The notes: a model not told the origin generated them from the letters alone. Positions 1 through 12,495 are shown, counted from the stretch's first letter. The stretch is 64,000 bases of DNA from Narcine bancroftii (GCF_036971445.1 NC_091471.1:235910001-235974000); one strand, 5' to 3'. Numbers and translations are program-made.

Positions 1-113
1 TGAGACTCCAGGACGCAGGCCCACCTGAAGAGCTTGCCACACAGGGAGCACTGGTAGTTGGCGCTCTGCTCCATACCAGCAGGTCCCACTGCCTCTGTCT
101 GCCGGGTCTCCAT
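1..113 (-). CDS. C2H2 zinc-finger protein, first coding exon (runs off the window start)
   Basis: Manual minus-strand translation from the ATG at 113 gives METRQTEAVGPAGMEQSANYQCSLCGKLFRWACVLES(H), which is a Y-x-C-x2-C-x3-F-x5-L-x2-H finger. A pyrimidine-rich acceptor (ctttgctcttgcgcttttccag) places the exon start at 116. Confidence 0.8.
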   Translation of the reverse strand, partial: METRQTEAVGPAGMEQSANYQCSLCGKLFRWACVLES

Positions 114-279
114 CGCCTGGAAAAGCGCAAGAGCAAAGCTGGGGTAGTGCAACGTAAACAGTGTACTAAGGACTAACAGGAGCAAGAGTGAACCTGGATG
201 GCATTCAAGTCTTTGGTAGGAACGCCGGAGGTCAGGTTAGAAGCCGGAGGAAGGATTTCCTAAGGATGCAGTTAGGGTC

Positions 280-990
280 ATGACAAGATGTGGCAAAGCT
301 TATCTTAAGGGAAAATCCTGCCTGAGAAACTTCATGGAATTTTTTGAAGAAGTGACAAGCAGGCTGGATAAAGGAGAGGCCATGAAAGTTACGAATCTGG
401 ATTTTCAGAAGACCTCTAACAATGTGATGCTTGCATTCGTTTCAGGAGGAATAGATTACAAGGGCAGGGATGTGATGTGGGGACTTTATAAGGCCTTGCT
501 AAGCCCTCACATGGAGTGTTGGGAGCAGTTTTGAGCTCCTCATTTCCGAAAGGATATGCTAATATTGGAAAGGGATCAGAGGAGATTCGCCAGGCAGATT
601 CTGAGAATGAAAGGGTTATGAGGAATATGAGGAATGTTTGACAGCTCTAGAATTTAGAATGAGGTGGATCTCACTGAAACATTTCAAATGTTGAAAGGCA
701 TGGACAGAATTGATTTGTTTTCCATGGTGGGAGAGTCTGGGACTAAAGGACAAAACCAGGATTGAAGTGCATCTCTGTTCTACCTGAAGAAATTTCTTCA
801 GCCAGAGGACGGTGTATCTGTGGAATTTGTTGCCACAGGCGGTTGTGGAGGCCGGGTCTTTGCATGTACTTAAGGCAGTGATTGATAGGTTTTTGATTTG
901 CCAGGGTTGTGGGGAGAAGGCAGGGCAGTGGATCAGCTCATGATTGAATGGTGGGGCAGACTCAATGGGCTGACTATGTCTTATAGTCAT
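280..990 (+). mobile_element. CR1-type LINE fragment (RT and 3' end, internally deleted)
   Basis: GKSCLRNFMEFFEEVTSRLDKGEA..LDFQK and LYKALLSPHMEC..QF are CR1 ORF2 motifs. Confidence 0.85.
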
Positions 991-1179
991 ACTGCTTCCC
1001 CACTGCTGAGGAGTCTGGGATGCAGAGGTGGGGAGATGGTTCCCTCTTCCTCATCAGTCCTCTCTCTCGCTTTCCCTAGTTCCCCCATTTCTACCCACAC
1101 CCCCTGTTTCTTTCTCCTTACGCCAGAGTTTCCTGGCTTTACCTTGCGAGGCTCGACGTCTGCCACAGTGTCCGAACAT

Positions 1180-1760
1180 TCACCAGGTCAGAGATCAGAC
1201 GGACCGACGGCTATCAGCGGAGGGACCGGAAGGGGAAATGGCGGTGGTACGTACCACAATCCCTCGCGCACCAGAAACTGCCCAATGCTCGAATCATAGG
1301 AGACGACCTCCGGCAGCCCCGGGGGCGGGGGTAGAGGGAGGGAAGCAAGGCAAGAAGGAGCACTCCTTGCTACTCGAGCACCGCTTACCGCGCACTCCGG
1401 TGCCGGCCGGCCGCTTCGCCTTCTCTCCTCCACCTTTCCACACCCTGTGGCAACCGAAAATGGTCGAAGCTGGCGCAAGCTCTGCGACTGCGTCGCTCAT
1501 TGACAACCCCCACAGCAGGACGCATGCGCGGAGACCCGCCGGCTGGCTTGCCGGGCTCGGCTGGCTGCCAGAACTCACGTCCCTCTGGCAGCGTAGCACG
1601 CATGCGCCAGCTCGCTTCCCTTTCTTTTTCTCCCTCGCCTTTGTTCTGCGTCGCCGTGGCAACCGCCTGCTGTCAATCGTTGCTTCCAGTCCCCGGGACC
1701 GTCTGTCAATCAGCAGGCTCCGCTGCGCGGGAGTGGCTCCAACCTTGGCAATGTCAGAGA
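1180..1760. promoter_or_regulatory. CpG-island promoter / first exon, probably of the minus-strand zinc-finger gene
   Basis: CpG-rich. NRF1-like CGCATGCG at ~1521 and ~1599; RFX X-box-like GTCGCCGTGGCAAC at 1650-1663; PBX/PKNOX-like CTGTCAATCA at 1703-1712; candidate minus-strand donor TG/GTACGT near 1250. Confidence 0.65.
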
Positions 1761-2129
1761 AAAAGCGACTTCCTCCCCTCCCAAATGGAGCTTTATTTTA
1801 GGAAATGTTCCCTGCACAAGGTCCTATTCACCAGCGTGCAAACAGGCCCTTCATACCAACCTGCACAAACAATCCCTAATTGTAATGTAAAAATACATTA
1901 AATTTGTTACATGCAGACTATAACCTTTAAAAGCAAATAAATATTTGTGGAAAGGCCCTTCTAGTCTGTGCCGAACCATTTTTTTGCCTAGTCCCAGTTG
2001 GGATGCCATTCCAAAAGGAGGACATGGTTATAGGATACCATATACATATGATGTGTTTGAATTTGTGGTTTGTGCAATACGGTTTAAATTTTAAAATATT
2101 TTTTTTGAAATGCATGTCCTTTTTGGAAA

Positions 2130-2380
2130 TGGCCACTCCACCTGCACCCAGTCCATAACCCTCCATACCTCTCTCATCATATACCCTGTCCAAATTCCAC
2201 ACTCTCAACACTCTCTGTATGAAGAAGTTCCCCTTCTGTTCCCCCTAAACTTTTCCCCTTTCATTCTTAACCCATATCCTCTGGCTTCTATCTCACCTAC
2301 CCTCAGTGGAAGAAGCTGACCTACATTTACTCTGTTTAGCCCCCTCATAATTTTAAATACTTCAATCAAATCTCCCCTTA
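2130..2380 (-). mobile_element. CR1 3'-end fragment
   Basis: The reverse strand reads as the CR1 ORF2 C-terminus and 3' UTR (RVWN..; GMEGYG), similar to other copies in the window. Confidence 0.6.
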
Positions 2381-2444
2381 TTTCAGATTCCTCTGTTCTA
2401 CTGTAGGCCTCAGTTTTTTTCTTGTCCTGAGCATTGGCCCCTCT

Positions 2445-3035
2445 GTACTAGACAGTGATGAATCCAACAAGAATACTCTCCACAGTCCACCTGTAGAAAT
2501 TTTCGAGAGTCTTTAGTGACATACTAAATCTCCACAAACACCACACGAAGTATAGCCACTGGCAAGCCTTCTTCATGATTGTATCGACATGGACAGACCT
2601 TCAGAGATGTTGACTCCCAGGAATTTGAAGTTCTTAATCCTTTCCACTGGTGAGCCCTCGATGAAGACTGGCTTGTTTAGTCCTGGTTTCCTCCTGAAGT
2701 CCACAATCAGCACCTTGGTTTTGCTGACACTGAGCACAAGATTGCTGGCATTGCAGCATTCAATGAATTGGTAGTGAATTGGATTCACAAGAAATGTCCT
2801 GTACTGACGACTGGTCCCACCACCCGACTCCTTCTCCGAGAGCCCGCATATAACCCTGGTTTCCTGCCTAAACCCTGAACCCCTCTGAAGCCTGTTCATG
2901 ATCCCTATCTGTGTTCTAAGCTAAAAAAAGTATTACTTCTCTGTCCAGTCAAGTATCTACACTACACCCCCTCCTGTACGCTTCCTCATTGCCCTCGGTG
3001 ATTCCGTTGACAACTGTGGTGTCATTGGCAAATTT
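2445..3035 (-). mobile_element. Rex1/Babar-like LINE fragment
   Basis: NLVLSVSKTKVLIVDFRR..VERIKNFKFLGVNISE, plus a nearby FANDTTVV remnant. Confidence 0.75.
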
Positions 3036-3329
3036 TCCTCCTTCTCCCACTTTTTTAATCAGGCTTTTACCTATTTTTATAGATTCCCAATGATGGGCTC
3101 AGGTCTGAAACATTGATGGATTATACTTCCTATGGATGCTGCATGACCTGCTGAGTTTCTCCAGTGCCTCTGTATATCAGCCACCATGTCTCTCAGAGAT
3201 GCTATTTTCAAGGTACTATATCCCTCTACTCCTTATCCCTCAACACTCGGCTCTACAACACTACCCCACTCCCACCCCCAATCCTTCTGCTCCACAACAC
3301 TCCCCAAGTTCCTCCTCTCTCTGCGGTTG

Positions 3330-3660
3330 GGATTGAGAGAAGCTTCCTCCCCTCTCCAGTCTCTCTTCTACCCTCCCCTTCCCCCTCTCTTCCATCCTCC
3401 TCAATCCTCCTTCCTATTCCCCACCCTCTTCCCCTCCCCTTCCTCTCCTCCCCTTCCCTTCACGCTCCACATACTCCTGCCCCTCCCCTTTCTCCTTCCT
3501 CCTCCCCTCCCTCATTTTGTCCCCTCCCCTTCCCTCTCCTCCTCCATTCATTCCTTCCTTCCTCTTCCTCCCTCCCTTTTTTCCCTCCCTCCTTCCCCCT
3601 CCCCCCCCCCCCCCCACACCCCCCTCCACTTTCCTCTTTCCCTTCCCCCTCCCTTTCGGA
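3330..3660. repeat. Polypyrimidine low-complexity tract
   Basis: Almost exclusively C/T on the + strand. Confidence 0.9.
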
Positions 3661-3689
3661 GCTCCTCTCCACCAGTCTTTGAGGGAGGG

Positions 3690-3951
3690 GCGGTGGTGAG
3701 GTTGGAATGTGCCCTCCCCCTCCACACACCCCTCCCTCTTGGCTGCTGTTCCACCTGACCTAATCCTGCCTTCCCCCACATGGAGAGAAGGAGGAGGAGG
3801 AAGGGTCTGCACCTGAATCCATTCCGCTCCTCGCTGCAAGTGCTGCTGACCTCCCTTCCGTGGGCCACGGAGCCCCAGTCTCGCTGGACTCACCATATCC
3901 CGTAAGTCGGCACCTTCAAATGCGCCTTTATCCGCTGGAGACCCCATCTGG
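3690..3951 (+). other. Candidate upstream non-coding exon, possibly of the netrin-like gene
   Basis: Non-repetitive GC-rich segment with consensus donors GTAAGT (3902) and GTAAGC (3952). The netrin ATG exon at 25437 starts with an acceptor and so needs an upstream exon. The link between them is inferred. Confidence 0.3.
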
Positions 3952-4259
3952 GTAAGCGCGGAGAAGCTTCCACCAGACCCCAAACAAATCACGAGTCCTC
4001 TTTTGTTCCTTTCCCTCTCTACCCCCACCCCAACCTCCCTCTCAGCCCCTGACCCTCTCCCGGCTGCGGGCGAAAAGTGAGGAAGAATTCAGCTCTGTCC
4101 CGCTTCTCCTCTCTGCGTGAGCTCCAACATCCGATATTGCTCTTTCAAAACTTAAACTCAATTTTCATATCTCTGCAACGTCTGAAGCTTTTCAAAAGCG
4201 GTTTCGCGTTTCGAAAGGTACACCCAAAACAGCGTGAAATGAATTCCTGACTGTTTGAA

Positions 4260-6560
4260 CTGACTTGCACGGTGCATTTTATTAATGAGTGGATGTATTG
4301 ATCAGCGTTGCAATTAATGTCTGCCGAGAGAGTGCAACAATCCTCTTTGGAACCTGCTCACGAGAGGCAAAACTATTTCTGAAAATGAACTCTGAGATGC
4401 AAAAGTTATTTACAAATAATTCCAAGAAGTAAAAAAAATTACTAAAATATAATTCAGAGAAGGAAAAGAAATTTAAAAATAATTCTAAGATGCAAAAAAA
4501 TTATTTAAACAGTCATTCTGAGAAGCCAACGTTTATTTAAAATATAATTGTGAGATGCAAAAGTTATTAAAATATTAATCTGAAATTAAAAAAATTATTT
4601 AAAACATAATTCTGAGAATCAGGAAATATTAAAACAAATTCAATTAACACTAACATAAACAGCCGTGATTCGGTGTCTGGAAAAGGCAGTTTAAATATTC
4701 CCCAAAAAGCATCAAAATCCGACAATATTCCGTGCAATAATCCTGCCATCAGATTTGATCTGCTGGACGGTTCTTGAAATAATTTGTTGACACCACAAGG
4801 CTGATTCTCTCACCGTCCGTGAAATGGATCGTCCTTTAGCAGTGCGTCGGAGAGTTCAACTTCAGGGCTTGGAATATTAACGTTTTATTCCCCTACAGTT
4901 TGAACTGGGGTGTAATTGAGCAGAGGTTGGTGTCGAGTTGACGACCATTTGAAAATACACTTACTTGCACGGTGCATTTTATTAATGAGTGGATGTATTG
5001 ATCAGCATTGTGATTAATGTCTGCCGAGAGAGTGCAACAATCCTCTTTGGAACCTGCTCATGAGAGGCAAAACTATTTCTGAAAATTAACTCTAAGAAGC
5101 AAACAATTATCATGAGAAGCAAAATTATTAAAAATTAATTCTGAGATCCAAAAATTATTAAAAAATAATCCTCAAAAGTAAAGGTGATTGAAAATATTTC
5201 TGAAAAGCAAAAAATATATTTAAAAATAATTCTGAGAAGCCAATGTTATTTAAAGAAATCATTCTCAGAAACAAAAGAATTATATAAAAGTTCTTACAAA
5301 TAATTCAAATAAATAAAAAAAATGCTAAAATATAATTCAGAGAAGCAAAAAAAACAATTAAAAATAGTTCTGAGAAGTAAAAACATTATTCAAATAATTC
5401 TGAAGCAAAAGAAATCGTAAAAAGAATAATTATCAAAAAGTAATTTGGAGAAGTAAAGGTTATTAAAAATAATTCTGAACAATGATTTAAGCAATAATCC
5501 TGAGAAGCAAATAAGATTTTAAAAATAATCCTGAGAAGCAAAAGTTTTACAAAATCATTCTTAGAAGCAAAAAAAAATCTACAATATAATTCTGAGGTGC
5601 AAAAATTATTAAAAAGTAATCCCGAGAAGCAACAAATTATTTAAACAGATATTCTGAAAAGCAAAATTATTTTTAAAATACTTCTGAGAAGGAAACAATT
5701 GTTTAAAAAATAATTATGTAAAGAAATAGTTCTGTGAAGCATAAGACTTTAAAAAGTAATTTTGAGAAGTAAAACAATGTATTAAAATATAATTCTGATA
5801 ACAAGAAAATTATTTACAACATTATTCTGTGAAGCAAACAATTATTAAAATAATTCTGATATGCAAAACATTATTTAAACACCAATTCTGAGCAGCAAAA
5901 AAAAATCCGAGAAGCAGAAAGACAGCAGCTATTTATGACTTGGTTGGTATCTGGAAAAGGCAGTGTAAATATTCCCCAAAAAGCATCAAAATCCGACAAT
6001 ATTCCGTGCAATAATCCTGCCATCGGATTTGATCTGCTGGACGGTTCTTGAAACAATTTGTAGACACCACAAAGCTAATTCTCTCACTGTCCGTGAAATG
6101 GGTCGTCCTTCAGTGCTGTGTCAGAGAGTTCAACTTCACGGCTTGGAATATTAACGTTTTATTTCCCCTACGATTTGAACTGGGGTGTTATCGAGCAGAG
6201 GTCAGTGTCAAGTTGCCGACCATTTGAAAATACATTACTTGCATGGTGCATTTTATTAATGAGTGGATGTATTGATCAGTGTTGCGATTAATGTCTGCTG
6301 AGAGAGTGCTCACGAGAGGCAAAACTATTTCTGAAAATTAACTCTAAGAAACAAATAACTATTATGAGAAGCAAAAGTTATTTAAAAATAATTCTGAGAA
6401 GCAAACAAATTGTTAAAAAATAATTTTGAGGTGCAAAATGTTATTAAAATATAACCCGAGAAACAAAAATATGATATAAAAATAATTCTGAGAGGTAAAA
6501 AATTATTTAGAAAAATAATTCTGAGATGCAAAGGTTCTTAAAATCTGATGCCGAGAAGTA
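4260..6560. repeat. Composite tandem repeat: ~400-bp complex unit (one partial and two full copies) alternating with an AT-rich ~30-bp minisatellite (AATAATTCTGAGAAGCAAAA)
   Basis: The block ACTTGCA(C/T)GGTGCATTTTATTAATGAGTGGATG recurs at ~4263, ~4963 and ~6237. The block CTGGAAAAGGCAG..CCCCAAAAAGCATC recurs at ~4677 and ~5951. Confidence 0.9.
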
Positions 6561-6566
6561 AATTTT

Positions 6567-6900
6567 GGAGTGCAGGAGAGCGAGGCGCGATCTAACAGAG
6601 GTGAACAAAACCAGGGAGGGACAGATCAGGAGATGCAGAGTCTTGATCAGAATTGGGATATCAGTAACCAGAAGACACAGCTTTAAAGTTGGGGGATGGA
6701 GTGGGTGCAGTGGGGGGGGAGGGGGTGAGAGATTTAACAAGAACCTGAGGGGTAACAGTTTTATACAGAGAATGGTGGGTGTATGCAACTGGCTGTCGGA
6801 GGGGAGGGTTGGGGTGGGTGTGTGCAACTGGCTGTCGGAGGGGAGGGTTGGGGCAGGGACTATTGCAAGGTTTGAACGGATCCATAGATAGGATGGGTTT
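6567..6900 (+). mobile_element. CR1 3'-end fragment
   Basis: RRARRDLTEVNK..TRRHSFKV..F..NLRGNSFIQRMVGVCN. Confidence 0.8.
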
Positions 6901-7310
6901 AGAGGGATAGGGGCAGGTGGGACCAGTCTGGGTTGGACAGATCCATGAATTGGATGGGTTTAGAGGGATAGAGGCAGGTGGGACCAGTGTGGGTGGGACG
7001 GATCCATGGATAGGATGGGTTTAGAGGGATAGAGGCAGGTGGGACCAGTATGGGTGGAATGGATCCAAGGATAGAATGGGTTTAGAGGAATAGGGGCAGG
7101 TGGGACAGTGTGGTTGGGACAGATCCATGGATAGGGTGCATTTAGAGGAATAGGGGTAGGTGGAACTAGTCTGGGTGGAATGGCCCCATGGATAGGACGG
7201 GTTTAGAGGGATAGGGGAAGGTGGGACCAGTGTGGGTGGAATGGGTCCATGGATAGGATGGGTTTAGAGGGATAGGGGCAGGTGGGTGGGACATTTTGAT
7301 TGGTGTGGGG
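6878..7310. repeat. ~62-bp minisatellite derived from the CR1 3' end
   Basis: About 7 copies of GGATCCATGGATAGGATGGGTTTAGAGGGATAGGGGCAGGTGGGACCAG. Confidence 0.9.
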
Positions 7311-7317
7311 ACCATGT

Positions 7318-7735
7318 AACTAATTATTTTGTTTTAATGTTACATTTTAAAGTCCTCATTAACTTAAAAGTAATTATTTTGTGTTAAGTTAAAATACAAA
7401 TACTGTCAGAAGTAATTAATTTGAGTTCTAAATTTTAATTTTAAAATCCCACTGTTAACTGTAATTATCTTGTCAATATTACGTAAAAATCCCCCATAAG
7501 TTAGTAATTATTCTGTGTTCATGTTAAATTTAACAATCCCCTCAAAGTTAACACAGATTATATTGTGTTAATGTTAAATTTTAAAATCCTCACTAATTTA
7601 AAAGTAATCATTTTGAGTTTTCATGTTAACTTTTGAAATCCTCACTTTGTTAATATTAAATTAAAAATCCTCACAATGTTAACGATAATTATTTTGTGTT
7701 AATATTAAACCCACTAAGTTCAAAGTAATTATTTG
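7318..7735. repeat. Degenerate AT-rich minisatellite
   Basis: Recurrent TAATTATTTTGTGTTAATGTTAAATTTTAAAATCCTCA. Confidence 0.75.
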
Positions 7736-8395
7736 GACACGTGGGATTCCAACTTTATTGCTATTAGTGAGACTTGGTTGCAGGAGGGGCAGGACTCAAT
7801 GTTCAATGCTCAATGTTCCGGGGTTCTGTTGTTTTGACATGAGGAAGGAAGGGAGAGGAGTGGCATTGCTCGTTAGGGAAAATATCACAGCTGTGCTCAG
7901 GCAGGGCAGCCCAGAGGGCTCATCTACTGAGGTGTGATCACACTCATGGGGTTGTAATGCGTGTCAAAAGAACCAAAGACTTGTTGATCCAAACCAAGGC
8001 TTTTATTAACTAAAAGACTGGAGCATATCACAAGTAGGTCGACCAGTCCAGAATGACTTGGTCTGGCTAGGAGCAATCCTTTAAGACCTGCCAGTAGGTG
8101 TGGCTACACTCTCAGCCAATCACAGCCTACACTACCATCTGTATATATACACATTGGTGATAGAATCTGTACTATCACACCGTCTAATAGTCAGAGAGAA
8201 TTGGAGGGGCAAATCTGTAGGGAGATAACAGACCGATGTAAGAAGCAGATTTTAACTTTCCACATATTAACTGGGACTGCCATACTGTAAGAGGGCTGGA
8301 TGTGTTCAGGAAAGTTTTCTAAATCAATATATAGAGGTTTTAACAAGACAGGACAGATGACAGAAGTATGTGTAGGGGAACATTTTGGGGCCATT
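7736..8395 (+). mobile_element. CR1 endonuclease-region fragment interrupted by a solo LTR
   Basis: IAISETWLQEGQD..NVPG and GVALLVRENITAV before the LTR; NSQRELEGQICREI and DW after it. Confidence 0.7.
7953..8179 (-). mobile_element. Solo LTR of the Gypsy family found at 55987-60684
   Basis: Its reverse complement aligns end to end with 55987-56217 and has TG..CA termini. Confidence 0.92.
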
Positions 8396-9327
8396 ATGTC
8401 AATTGTTTCAGAATCAGGATTTATTATCATGAAGAAGTAACAAAATTCAGTTTTTTGGATCATAGTGCAAATATTCTTATTACGACTTTATCATCAAAAA
8501 AGCAAAAATAACAGTGCATAAAAAGCCAGGCAGTGCCTTTGGTTCATTGATCATTTTGGAATCTGGTGGCAGTGGGGAAGAAACCGTCCTTGTGCCGCTG
8601 ATGCTCGTCTTCAGGCTCCTGGACCTTTTCCCCGATGGTAGCAGAGTGAAGTGGGCCTGGCCTGGGGAGTGGTGGGGGGTCTGTGAGGATAGAGGCCGCT
8701 TTTTGAAGACCCCACCTCATGTCGATGTCCTCGATGGAGTGAAGTCTGGTGCCCGTGATGTCACAGGCCAAGTGAACAACCCTCTGGAGTTTATTCTTGT
8801 CCTGAGAGTTGGCGTCTCCATACCAGGCAGTGATGGAACCAGCCAGAATGTTCTCCACAGTCCACCTGTAGAGGTTTACGAGAGACTTCGGTGACAGACT
8901 AAACCTCCTCAGAACCCTTCACAAAGTAAAGAAAGGAGTCACGTGATGGAGTAGTGGCCGGTCGGGGATCTCCAGCCCTCTCCGGAAAAGTTTAAAAGAA
9001 ACACAGAAAACACAAAGGCACAAACACAAAAATTAAAATAAAGTGAAAGTAAAGGTGGGAAGAAAATGGCAGCGAAGAAAGAAAAGTCGAAAGCAACGGG
9101 AAGAAGAGAAGAAGAAAAGACATTGGAAGAAGAAGGTGAAGGCCTTACCTGTTCGAGGAGGCTCGCCGCGGAGAGAGAAGCCCGCTCCCTCAGGTCAGTC
9201 GAAGTCCCGAGCTCAGGACTACAAAAATGGCTCACAGAGCCAAGCAAAAGTGCGCAACCGTGCATGCACGAAAAAAAAACACTGACGGGAGGGGGGACCA
9301 GCTGAGGAGTCAATCTCCACAGCGAGA

Positions 9328-10284
9328 ATGACAGCCACAGCACAACAACAAGATGAGAACATAGAAAACAACGAGAACAAGAAAGAAGAGAGTAAAAAGA
9401 AATCAAGGAAACAACAGATGACCAACCCAGAGGAAGAAGAAGAGGAAGAACATAGAGAAATGGAAGAAGAAGGGAATGGCAAGACAATGGATATATATAT
9501 TTTTTTTAAATATATGGAATCAGTAAAAGAATGGCAATCACAAGAATTTAGTGAAATAAAAAGAAGAATTAAAAGTACAGAAGAAAAAATGAATAGATTA
9601 GAGATGGTCATGTCAGATATAGGAAAAAGAGTGGACAAGGTGGAAGAACGAGAAACAGCTGTAGAAATGGAAGTAGAGGACATAAAAGAGAAATTAGAAG
9701 AATCTAATAAAAAAGTTAAAGAGACACAAGAGCTGTTAGCTCAGAAGATAGATATAATGGAAAATTATAATAGAAGAAATAATATAAAGATAGTGGGCCT
9801 TAAGGAAGATGAAGAAGGCAAGAATATGAGAGAATTTATAAAAGATTGGATACCCAGGGTCCTAGGAAGACCAGAATTACAGGAAGAAATGGAAATAGAA
9901 AGGGCACACAGAACATTAGCACCTAAACCACAGCCACAACAAAAACCAAGATCCATTTTAGTAAAATTCCTAAGATATATAACAAGAGAAAATATATTGG
10001 AGAAAGCAATGAAGAAAATAAGAGAAGACAAAAAGCCACTGGAATACAAAGGTCAAAAAATTTTTTTCTATCCAGACATAAGTTTTGAACTCCTGAAGAA
10101 GAGAAAGGAGTTTAATACAGCAAAAACGATCCTATGGAAAAAAGGATATAAATTTATGCTAAAGTACCCAGCGGTACTTAAAATAGTTATTCCAGGGCAG
10201 CAAAACAGGCTATTCTCGGATCCGGAGGAAGCACGAAAATTTGCAGAACAACTACAAAATGGACAGAGAGATGAAGACATGTAA
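9328..10284 (+). CDS. L1 ORF1p (coiled coil + RRM/CTD, Transposase_22-like)
   Basis: ENYNRRNNIKIVGL, IERAHR, PRSILVKF, IFFYPDIS, YPAVLKI; open 318-aa frame. Confidence 0.92.
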   Translation: MTATAQQQDENIENNENKKEESKKKSRKQQMTNPEEEEEEEHREMEEEGNGKTMDIYIFFKYMESVKEWQSQEFSEIKRRIKSTEEKMNRLEMVMSDIGKRVDKVEERETAVEMEVEDIKEKLEESNKKVKETQELLAQKIDIMENYNRRNNIKIVGLKEDEEGKNMREFIKDWIPRVLGRPELQEEMEIERAHRTLAPKPQPQQKPRSILVKFLRYITRENILEKAMKKIREDKKPLEYKGQKIFFYPDISFELLKKRKEFNTAKTILWKKGYKFMLKYPAVLKIVIPGQQNRLFSDPEEARKFAEQLQNGQRDEDM

Positions 10285-10329
10285 CGAGAGGAAAAATGAC
10301 CACGAACTATATGTATGTGTATATATATA

Positions 10330-12023
10330 AACTCTGCATGCCAAACTGCATGAGTTTTTCAAGCTTTGTTGGGACCAAGGAAAACTGCCTCAGGATCTTC
10401 GTGATGCCACCATCATCACCCTGTACAAAAACAAAGGCGAGAAATCAGACTGCTCAAACTACAGGGGAATCACGTTGCTCTCCATTGCAGGCAAAATCTT
10501 CGCTAGGATTCTACTAAATAGAATAATACCTAGTGTCGCCGAGAATATTCTCCCAGAATCACAGTGCGGCTTTCGCGCAAACAGAGGAACCACTGACATG
10601 GTCTTTGCCCTCAGACAGCTCCAAGAAAAGTGCAGAGAACAAAACAAAGGACTCTACATCACCTTTGTTGACCTCACCAAAGCCTTCGACACCGTGAGCA
10701 GGAAAGGGCTTTGGCAAATACTAGAGTGCATCGGATGTCCCCCAAAGTTCCTCAACATGATTATCCAACTGCACGAAAACCAACAAGGTCGGGTCAGATA
10801 CAGCAATGAGCTCTCTGAACCCTTCTCCATTAACAATGGCGTGAAGCAAGGCTGTGTTCTCGCACCAACCCTCTTTTCAATCTTCTTCAGCATGATGCTG
10901 AACCAAGCCATGAAAGACCCCAACAATGAAGACGCTGTTTACATCCGGTACCACACGGATGGCAGTCTCTTCAATCTGAGGCGCCTGCAAGCTCACACCA
11001 AGACACAAGAGAAACTTGTCCGTGAACTACTCTTTGCAGATGATGCCGCTTTAGTTGCCCATTCAGAGCCAGCTCTTCAGCGCTTGACGTCCTGCTTTGC
11101 GGAAACTGCCAAAATGTTTGGCCTGAAAGTCAGCCTGAAGAAAACTGAGGTCCTCCATCAGCCAGCTCCCCACCATGACTACCAGCACCCCCACATCTCC
11201 ATCGGGCACACAAAACTCAAAACGGTCAACCAGTTTACCTATCTCGGCTGCACCATTTCATCAGATGCAAGGATCGACAATGAGATAGACAACAGACTCG
11301 CCAAGGCAAATAGCGCCTTTGGAAGACTACACAAAAGAGTCTGGAAAAACAACCAACTGAAAAACCTCACAAAGATAAGCATATACAGAGCCGTTGTCAT
11401 ACCCACACTCCTGTTCGGCTCCGAATCATGGGTCCTCTACCGGCATCACCTACGGCTCCTAGAACGCTTCCACCAGCGTTGTCTCCGCTCCATCCTCAAC
11501 ATCCATTGGAGCGCTTTCATCCCTAACATCGAAGTACTCGAGATGGCAGAGGTCGACAGCATCGAGTCCACGCTGCTGAAGATCCAGCTGCGCTGGATGG
11601 GTCACGTCTCCAGAATGGAGGACCATCGCCTTCCCAAGAACGTGTTATATGGCGAGCTCTCCACTGGCCACCGTGACAGAGGTGCACCAAAGAAAAGGTA
11701 CAAGGACTGCCTAAAGAAATCTCTTGGTGCCTGCCACATTGACCACTGCCAGTGGGCTGATATCGCCTCAAACCGTGCATCTTGGCGCCTCACAGTTTGG
11801 CGGGCAGCAACCTCCTTTGAAGAAGACCGCAGAGCCCACCTCACTGACAAAAGGCAAAGGAGGAAAAACCCAACACCCAACCCCAACCAACCAATTTTCC
11901 CCTGCAGCCGCTGCAACCGTGTCTGCCTGTCCCGCATCGGACTTGTCAGCCACAAACGAGCCTGCAGCTGGCGTGGACTTTTACCCCCTCCATAAATCTT
12001 CGTCCGCGAAGCCAAGCCAAAGA
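10330..12023 (+). mobile_element. 5'-truncated RTE-clade LINE with an open RT frame, inserted in a (TA)n tract
   Basis: NYRGITLLS, PESQCGFR, FVDLTKAFDTV, GVKQGCVLAP, LFADD, and a C-terminal CSRC..SRIGLVSH. The 3' end GCCAAGCCAAAGA is flanked by TA repeats. No endonuclease domain is present. Confidence 0.95.
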
Positions 12024-12495
12024 TATATATATATGTGTGTGTGTGTGTGTATGTATATTTGTGTGTACATGAGTGTATCCGTATTTAAAAGAAAATATAT
12101 AGAGTATAGATAAGAATGAATAAGGGAAAGAAAGGGAAGAGAGGAAGTAAGGAGGGAATTAAGAGAGTGACCTTTGTTGTATATGAAAATTAAAATCTTT
12201 TCTCTGGGGGCTGGGTGGGGAGGAGTTACGGTCACTGCGAAATCAGTTGACACTTGCGAGTGAATTCGCAAATCCAAATGGAGAAGGTAGATGTGGTTGC
12301 CCGACAAGGGATAAAGAGCAACTCAGGAAGGGGAGGGGATAGTGGGGTTAAAGAAATTTTAGATAGGAGAATAAGGGAAATGTTTGATGTTTTAGAAATG
12401 TTGTCTTATAAAGTGTTCAAAACAAGAAAGCAGAAATGGATAAGAAGGAAAGGTGATGATGACGAAACGGAAAGGGAAGATAAACAAAGTATGAA

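Noticed and set aside
1028-1901. 257-aa and other ORFs over the CpG island
   Set aside because: No recognisable domain; open frames are expected in GC-rich promoter DNA.
3164-4028. Overlapping Pro-rich and Gly/Arg-rich ORFs
   Set aside because: Products of a polypyrimidine tract.
7945-8190. Target-site duplication around the solo LTR
   Set aside because: The flanks GGGT and CCGT do not match, so no TSD is claimed.
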